Assembly (NCBI GenBank): GCA_028826165.1
Contig: JAPDFW010000116.1
Location: 1 to 64,000 of the forward strand
Length of the DNA stretch: 64,000 bases
Source: Anaeramoeba ignava BMAN
Taxonomy: Eukaryota; Protista; Anaeramoebae
Reading direction: 5' to 3'
Shown: one piece after another, positions 53,045 through 64,000 of the stretch
Position numbering within the stretch: position 1 is the first letter of the stretch
Layout of the letters: every line of letters starts with the position of its first letter
Notes under the pieces: model-generated
Seen by the model: the letters and a program-made list of their open reading frames with translations, nothing else
Databases searched by the model: none
Told to the model about the DNA's origin: nothing
Position numbers and translations under genes: made by a program

Positions 53045-53900
53045 TAAATTGAATTGAATTTAATCTTCAATTTAAATATAAAAATGATTTTATTTCCAAT
53101 TTATTTGTAAAATTGATTTAAATTTAATTCCTTTTCCAAATTAAAATAAATTGAAATTAATCTTGAATTTAAATATAAAAATGATTTTATTTCCAATTTA
53201 TTTGTGAAATTGATTTAAAATTAATTCCTTTTTAAATTAAATTAAATTGAATTGAATTTAATCTTGAAATTAAATATAAAAATGATTTTATTTCCAATTT
53301 ATTTGTAAAATTGATTTAAATTTAATTCCTTTTCCAAATTAAAATAAATTGAAATTAAATTGAATTTAAATATAAAAATGATTTTATTTCCAATTTATTT
53401 GTGGAATTGATTTAAAATTAATTCCTTTTCTAAATTAAATTGAATTGAATTTAATCTTGAAATTAAATATAAAAATGATTTTATTTCCAATTTATTTGTA
53501 AAATTGATTTAAATTTAATTCCTTTTCTAAATTAAATTAAATTGAATTTAAATATAAAAATGATTTTATTTCCAATTTATTTGTGAAATTAATTTAAATT
53601 TAATTCCTTTTTTAAATTAAATTAAATTAAATTGAATTGAATTTAAATATAAAAATGATTTTATTTCCAATTTATTTGTGAAATTGATTTAAATTTAATT
53701 CCTTTTCCGAATTGAATTGAATTTAAATATAAAAATGATTTTATTTCCAATTTATTTGTAAAATTGATTTAAATTTAATTCCTTTTCTAAATTAAATTAA
53801 ATTAAATTAAATTGAATTTAAATATAAAAATGATTTTATTTCCAATTTATTTGTAAAATTGATTTAAAATTAATTCCTTTTTTAAATTAAAATAAATTAA
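53045..53900. repeat. ~80-100-bp tandem repeat, about 9 copies
   Basis: The core AAATATAAAAATGATTTTATTTCCAATTTATTTGT.AAATTGATTTAAA.TTAATTCCTTTT recurs with variable AAATT/GAATT spacers. Confidence 0.9.
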
Positions 53901-54310
53901 ATTGTTTTTTTTTTTTGAATTGATTATAATTGGAAAATAAAGAGAATTTCTTTTGAAATGATTAATAATTAAATTTAGATTCATTTCTTTATTTTTTTTA
54001 ATAACGAATTTAACTATTTTCTTTTTTTCATTTTCCTTTTTTTTTCTATTATAAAATTTATCAAAAAAAAATTTTAATTTTTTATTTTTGAATTTAAATT
54101 TAATTTTTGAAATAATTTTTAATTTATATTTGTTTGTTTATTTGTTATATTTTAAAGTATTTTATTTAAATTAAAATGATTAAATAACTTTTTAAATATT
54201 TTTTAAATTGAAAAAATGGAAAAAAAAATAATAAAAATAAAAATCATTTTTTTCATTTTTTTTTTAATTTTCCAAATTGAAATTTTTTAAATTAAATTAA
54301 ATTAAATTAA

Positions 54311-57300
54311 ATGACAAGTTAGATTTATTTTTTATTTTTAATTAGAAAAAATTTTAACAAAATAATTTTAATTAAAATAAATAAATAAAAATAAAAAGAT
54401 ATTTTAGAACATCAAATTTGGAAAGATTATTGTCCAATTTATTATGATTTTATTTATACAATTCCTCTTTCTTTTCAATCATTAACAGTTCAATGGCTTC
54501 CATATCAAGAAAAGTTTATATAAAATTATTATTAAATTTAATTAATTTCTTTTTTTTTTTTAGAAAAAGAAAAATGAATTAAAAACAATTTTAACGAAAA
54601 CATTAAATTAAAATTTAAATTCAAATTCAAATTTTAAATTAAATTTTAAAAAGAACAACAGATAATTTTCTTAAACAAAGATTAATTTTAGCAACATTTA
54701 CAGAAAGAAAAAGTCGAGATTATTTACAAGTTGTTGAACTTGAAATACCTTTAGATGATGCAGTTATTGATTCTTCAACATATAAAACAGATGGATGTAT
54801 ATAATTTTTTGAGAATAATCTTATTTAAAATACAAATATAAATATAAATATAAATATAAATATAAATATAAATATAAATATAAATATAAATATAAATATA
54901 AATATAAATATAAATATAAATATAAATATAAATATAAATATAAATATAAATATAAATATAAATATAAATATAAATATAAATATAAATATAAATATAAATA
55001 TAAATATAAATATAAATATTAATATAAATATAAATATAAATATAAATATAAATATAAATATAAATATAAATATAAATATAAATATAAATATAAATATAAA
55101 TATAAATATAAATATAAATATAAATATAAATATAAATATAAATATAAATATAAATATAAATATAAATATAAATATAAATATTCATTTGAAAAATAGCTTT
55201 TGGAAATTTAGGAGGAATTGAAACAAAACCTATTAAAGTTATTTCAAGAATGTTTCATCCAACAGAAATCAATAGGTATAAATTTATTGAAAAGAACAAA
55301 ATTTTTCTAAAATTTTCTTTAAATTAATAATTATAAATTAAAGAGCAAGATATATGCCACAAAATTCAGATTTAATTGCAGTTATATCATCAGAAGCTGT
55401 TTGGGTTTATAATTCAAAACAACCTAAAGAAAAACCGATAAAATTAGAAGGTCAAACTGAAGAAGGGTAATTTTTATAACAATAACAATAATAATATTAT
55501 TATTTCCAATAAATAAATAATTAAATAAATAAATTAAAAATAGATATGGATTAAGTTGGTCAAATCATATTAAAGGAAATATTTTAAGTGGATCATTTGA
55601 TCAATATGTTAGAACTTGGAATATAGAAAATCAAAATAAACTTTTCTCATATAAATTACCAAATAAAATTGGAGTAAAAATCAAAATCAAAATCAAAATC
55701 AAAAAATCAAAAATCAAAATCAAAATCAAAATCAAAATCAAAATCAAAATCAAAATCAAAATCAAAATCAAAATCAAAATCAAAATAAAAATCAAAATCA
55801 AAATTAAAATTAAAATCAAAAATCAAAAATCAAAATCAAAATAAAAATTAAAAATCAAAATCAAAATCAAAATCAAAATCAAAATCAAATTGAATAATAA
55901 TTAATAAATATTGAATAATAAATGAAATAAGGATGCATCATGGCATCCAAGAGATGCAAATTATTTTGGAGCAGCATGTGATAATGGAAATTTTTATTTA
56001 TTTGATACAAGAACAAAAGAACCAACAATTTCTTTACAAGCACATTCTGAAGAAACTAATTGTTTATCATTTAATCCAATTTTTTCAGAATTATTTGCAA
56101 CTGGTTCAAGTGATACAGTATTTAAAATTTGATTTAATAGATTTAATATTTAATATTTAATATTTAATAAATAAATAAAAGAATATTCATATTTGGGATG
56201 TTAGAAATTTATCACAACCTTTAAGAAAATTAAAAGGACATTCAAATGGAGTTTTTGTTTTAAGTTGGAATCCTTTAAATCCATCAGTTCTTGGAAGTTG
56301 TGGTGATGATAATGTTGTTATTCTTTGGGATCTTTCAAATCAAAATCATCCAATTTTGGTTTGTGATTTATATTTAAATAATTAATTTATATTTAAATAT
56401 TTGATTTATATTTAAATAATTAATTTATATTTAAATATTTAATTTATATTTATTTATTTATATTTAAATAATTAATTTATATTTAAATAATTAATTTATA
56501 TTTAAATAATTAATTTATATTTAAATAATTAATTTATATTTTAATAATTGATTTATATTTAAATATTTAATTTATATTTAAATAATTAATTTATATTTAA
56601 ATATTTAATTTATATTTAAATATTTGATTTATATTTAAATAATTAATTTATATTTAAATATTTAATTTATATTTAAATATTTAATTTATATTTTAATAAT
56701 TAATTTATATTTAAATAATTAATTTATATTTAAATATTTGATTTATATTTAAATAATTGATTTATATTTTAATAATTAATTTATATTTAAATATTTAATT
56801 TATATTTAAATAATTAATTTATATTTAAATATTTAATTTATATTTAAATATTTGATTTATATTTAAATAATTTAATTTATATTTAAATAATTAATTTATA
56901 TTTAAATATTTAATTTATATTTAAATATTTAATTTATATTTTAATAATTAATTTATATTTATTGATTTATATTTAATAATTGATTTATATTTAAATATTT
57001 AATTTATATTTAAATAATTAATTTATATTTTAATAATTAATTTATATTTAAATGTTTAATTTATATTTTAAATAATTTAATTTATATTTAAATATTTAAT
57101 TTATATTTAAATAATTAATTTATATTTTAATATTTAATTTATATTTAAATAATTTAAAATAATTAATTTATATTTTAATATTTGATTTATATTTAAATAA
57201 TTAATTTATATTTTATTATTTTATATTTAAATAATTAATTTATATTTTATTATTTTATATTTAAATATTTGATTTATATTTAAATATTTAATTTATATTT

Positions 57301-57551
57301 AAATAATTAATTTATATTTATTGATTTATATTTAATAATTGATTTATATTTAAATATTTAATTTATATTTAAAATAGTTTCAACATAATGGACATACAGA
57401 TACAGTTAGAGAATTTTCATGGAATGAAAATATTCCATTTGTTATTGCAAGTGTTTCATTTGGAAATATACTTCAAATTTGGGAAATGAATGGAGAATTA
57501 TATTCAGGATTAAATCAAATAACAAATATACCTTCAATCCAAAAAATTTAA
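54311..57551 (+). CDS. Histone-binding WD40 protein of the RBBP4/RBBP7/MSI1 (CAF-1 p48) family, multi-exon
   Basis: Exons translate to [89 protein letters not shown] and [26 protein letters not shown]. Introns are GT-AG, several filled with repeats: (TAAATA)n at 54835-55180, (AAAATC)n at 55680-55890 and a ~17-18-mer at 56365-57370. Confidence 0.88.
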
Positions 57552-58136
57552 AATTTAAAATAAAAATTAAAAATAATTTTTGAAATTAAAAAATTCATTT
57601 TTTTTCATTTTTTTCATATTTTTTTTTTCATTTAATTTATTATTTAAAATATGTTAGATTCAGAATCTGAAACTGGTAAATTTTATAAAAATTAAAATTA
57701 AAATTAAAATTAAAATTAAAATCAAAATTAAAATTAAAATTAAAATCAAAATTAAAATTAAAATTAAAATTAATATTAAAATTAAAATTAAAATTAAAAT
57801 TAAAATTAAAATTAAAATTAAAATTAAAATTAAAATTAAAATTAAAATTAAAATTAAAATTAAAATTAAAATAAAATTAAAATTAAATTTAAAATTAAAA
57901 TTAAAATTAAAATTAAAATTAAAATCGAAATTAAAATTAAAATTCATTTATTAAAATTAAATTTAAATTTAAAATTTAAAATTAAAAATTAAAATTAATA
58001 ATTAAAATTAAAATTATAATTAAAATTAAAATTATAATTAAAATTAAAATTAAAATTAAAATTAAAATTAAAATTAAAATTAAATTTAAAATTAAAATTA
58101 AAATTAAAATTTAATATTAAAATTAAAATTTAAAAA

Positions 58137-58645
58137 ATGGAAAAGAATATTCAAGTGATATAATTGATTTAACAATAAAAATAAATCAAAATAAGAATAA
58201 AAAGAATAATAAAACAAAAAGAAAACAAGATGAAACAAATGAAGAAAATTTAGATTTACAAAAAGCAAGATTAACAATAGAAAGAAATCCAGAATACAGA
58301 AAGATTTATAAACAAGAAAGAAAAAAAATAAAAAGACAACAAAAATATGGATCAAAAAATAAGAAAAAAAAAGAAGAAGAAAATGAAAAAAATGGAAAAG
58401 AAACAAGAAAAAAAGAAGGAAATGAAATAAATTCAAAAAAACAAGAAGAACAACAACAAGAACAACAACAAGAATTAAAATGTTCTATTTGTCTTGATGA
58501 TTTTGATAAACCAACTATTGTTGATTGTGGTCATATTTTTTGTTATTCTTGCATTAAAAATTGGATTAAAATTTCAAGTGATAAAACATGTCCTCAATGT
58601 CGTCAAAAAATATATGAAAAAAATTTTAAATTAATTGATTTATAA
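58137..58645 (+). CDS. C3HC4 RING E3 ligase with an N-terminal SIM-like motif (RNF4/STUbL-like); one A missing just after the ATG
   Basis: The open frame 58145-58645 reads EYSSDIIDLT...CSICLDDFDKPTIVDCGHIFCYSCIKNWIKISSDKTCPQCRQKI. ATG 58137 joins it if the A-run is one base longer. The ORF track missed this gene. Confidence 0.8.
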
Positions 58646-58813
58646 AAAAAAATAAAATAAAAAATTTTAATTTAAAAAATTTAAAAAATATTTTTTTCAT
58701 TTTTTTCTTTTTTCAAAATTAAAAAAAAATAAACAAAAAAATACAAAAAATTTTAATAAAACAAAAACACAAAAAATTAATTAATTAAAATTAAAATTAA
58801 AATTAAAATTAAA

Positions 58814-62593
<3,780 letters not shown>

Positions 62594-62801
62594 TCAAAAA
62601 AAAAAAGAGAAAAAAAAAATTTTTTTTCTTTCAAAATTCCACTTTTTTTTTTTGCTTTTTTTTTTTAAAATTTCAATTCAATTCAATTCAATTCAATTTT
62701 CCAATTTAAAAAAAAAGTCACAATAAATAAATTCAATTCAATTCAATTCAATTTAAAAAAGAAAAAGAAAGAAAAAAATTTTTTCATTTTTTCTCTTCTC
62801 A

Positions 62802-63421
62802 ATGAATAAAAAGAATATTATCATTGGATCTACTCTTCTTGCAGCTATTGGAGCTGGAGTTTATGCTTGGCAAAAAACTACAACAAAAAAATGTAAAAGA
62901 AACAATTCAAAATTATTTTTCTAAATTTTTTAAATTGATTTTTTTATTTTTATTTTTAAAATTAAAAAATTAAAACAATTAAGTTGAAAAAGAAGTAAGT
63001 TTTCTTTATTAAAAAATTAAAACAAAAAGAAAAATTTTTTATTAAATTTTTTTTCCTTAATTTTTTTTTCTTTTTTTATCTATTTATTCTATTAGAGAAT
63101 TGCAATAATTGGATCAGGAAATTGGTAAATAATTAATTTTACAAAATATTCTCTTATTAAAAAAATATTTATTATTCCTGAAATTAAATTATTTTTTTTT
63201 TCTTTTATTTGATCAAAAAAAAAATTTTCTTCTTTTTTTTTTTGCTTTTTCTTAATAAATTTAATTTAATTTAGGGGAATGGCTATTTCAAGAATTATTG
63301 GTTTAAATGTTCTTGATAATCTTGATTTATTTGAAAAAGAAGTTAGAGTTTATGTTTATGAAGAATTAATTGATGGTAAAAAATTAACTGAAATTATCAA
63401 CACTCAACACGAAAATGTCAA
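62802..63421 (+). CDS. GPD1: NAD-dependent glycerol-3-phosphate dehydrogenase, 5' exons only (the next intron runs off the window)
   Basis: Exons 62802-62892, 62984-62994 (11 nt), 63096-63124 and 63275-63421 splice in frame to ...[50 protein letters not shown]. Confidence 0.9.
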
Positions 63422-64000
63422 GTAAATTAAAATCTAAATCAAAATCAAAAATTCAAAATCAAAATCAAAATCAAAATCAAAATCAAAATTCATTTATAAA
63501 ATTAAAATTAAAATCAAAATTAAAATCAAAATCAAAATCAAAATCAAAATCAAAATCAAAATCAAAATCAAAAATCAAAATCAAAATTAAAATCAAAATC
63601 AAAAAAATCAAAATCAAAATTAAAATTAAAAAAATCAAAATCAAAAATTAAAAATTAAAAATTTATCAAAATCAAAATTAAAATCAAAATTAAAATCAAA
63701 ATCAAAATTAAAATCAAAATCAAAATCAAAATCAAAATCAAAATCAAAATCAAAATCAAAATCAAAATTAAAAAATCAAAATCAAAATCAAAATCAAAAT
63801 CAAAAATTAAAATTAAAATCAAAATCAAAAATCAAAATCAAAATTAAAATCAAAATCAAAATCAAAATCAAAATCAAAATCAAAATCAAAATCAAAATCA
63901 AAATCAAAATCAAAATCAAAATCAAAATCAAAATCAAAATTAAAATCAAAATCAAAATCAAAATCAAAATCAAAATTAAAATTAAAAATCAAAAAAAATA

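Noticed and set aside
63423-64000. Telomeric repeat at the window end
   Set aside because: It is the common (AAAATC)n microsatellite directly after a GT donor, so it is a GPD1 intron.

Overview
Extremely AT-rich eukaryotic genomic DNA with GT-AG introns, (AATCAA)n/(AAAATT)n microsatellites and poly-NQ tracts in proteins. This style suggests an anaerobic protist, probably the metamonad Anaeramoeba; that is inferred, not database-checked. Genes from left to right: RNF213/mysterin-like AAA+ giant (-), TFIIB (+), INTS13/Asunder (+), UTP10/HEATR1 (-), neurobeachin/LRBA-type BEACH protein (+), MAD1 (+), a CS-domain/SEL1-repeat tail-anchored protein (-), a small candidate selenoprotein with a SECIS (-), two tandem BTB-coiled-coil-TLDc paralogues (-), a BTB relic, RBBP4/MSI1-like WD40 (+), a SIM-RING E3 (+), RPT3/PSMC4 (+) and GPD1 (+, cut off by the window end). 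The main finding is that the 3.4-kb apparent satellite inside the second BTB-TLDc gene is 19 near-identical, complete GT...AG intron units separated by 18 variable micro-exons (17 of 3 nt, one of 2 nt). They sit in the GPxFG-x-D loop of the TLDc domain, and no combination of the 3-nt exons can create a stop, so this is a candidate splicing-based diversification system. The second highlight is a 92-codon gene with two in-frame UGA codons and a textbook type II SECIS. Many genes carry single-base frameshifts that are most likely assembly errors.
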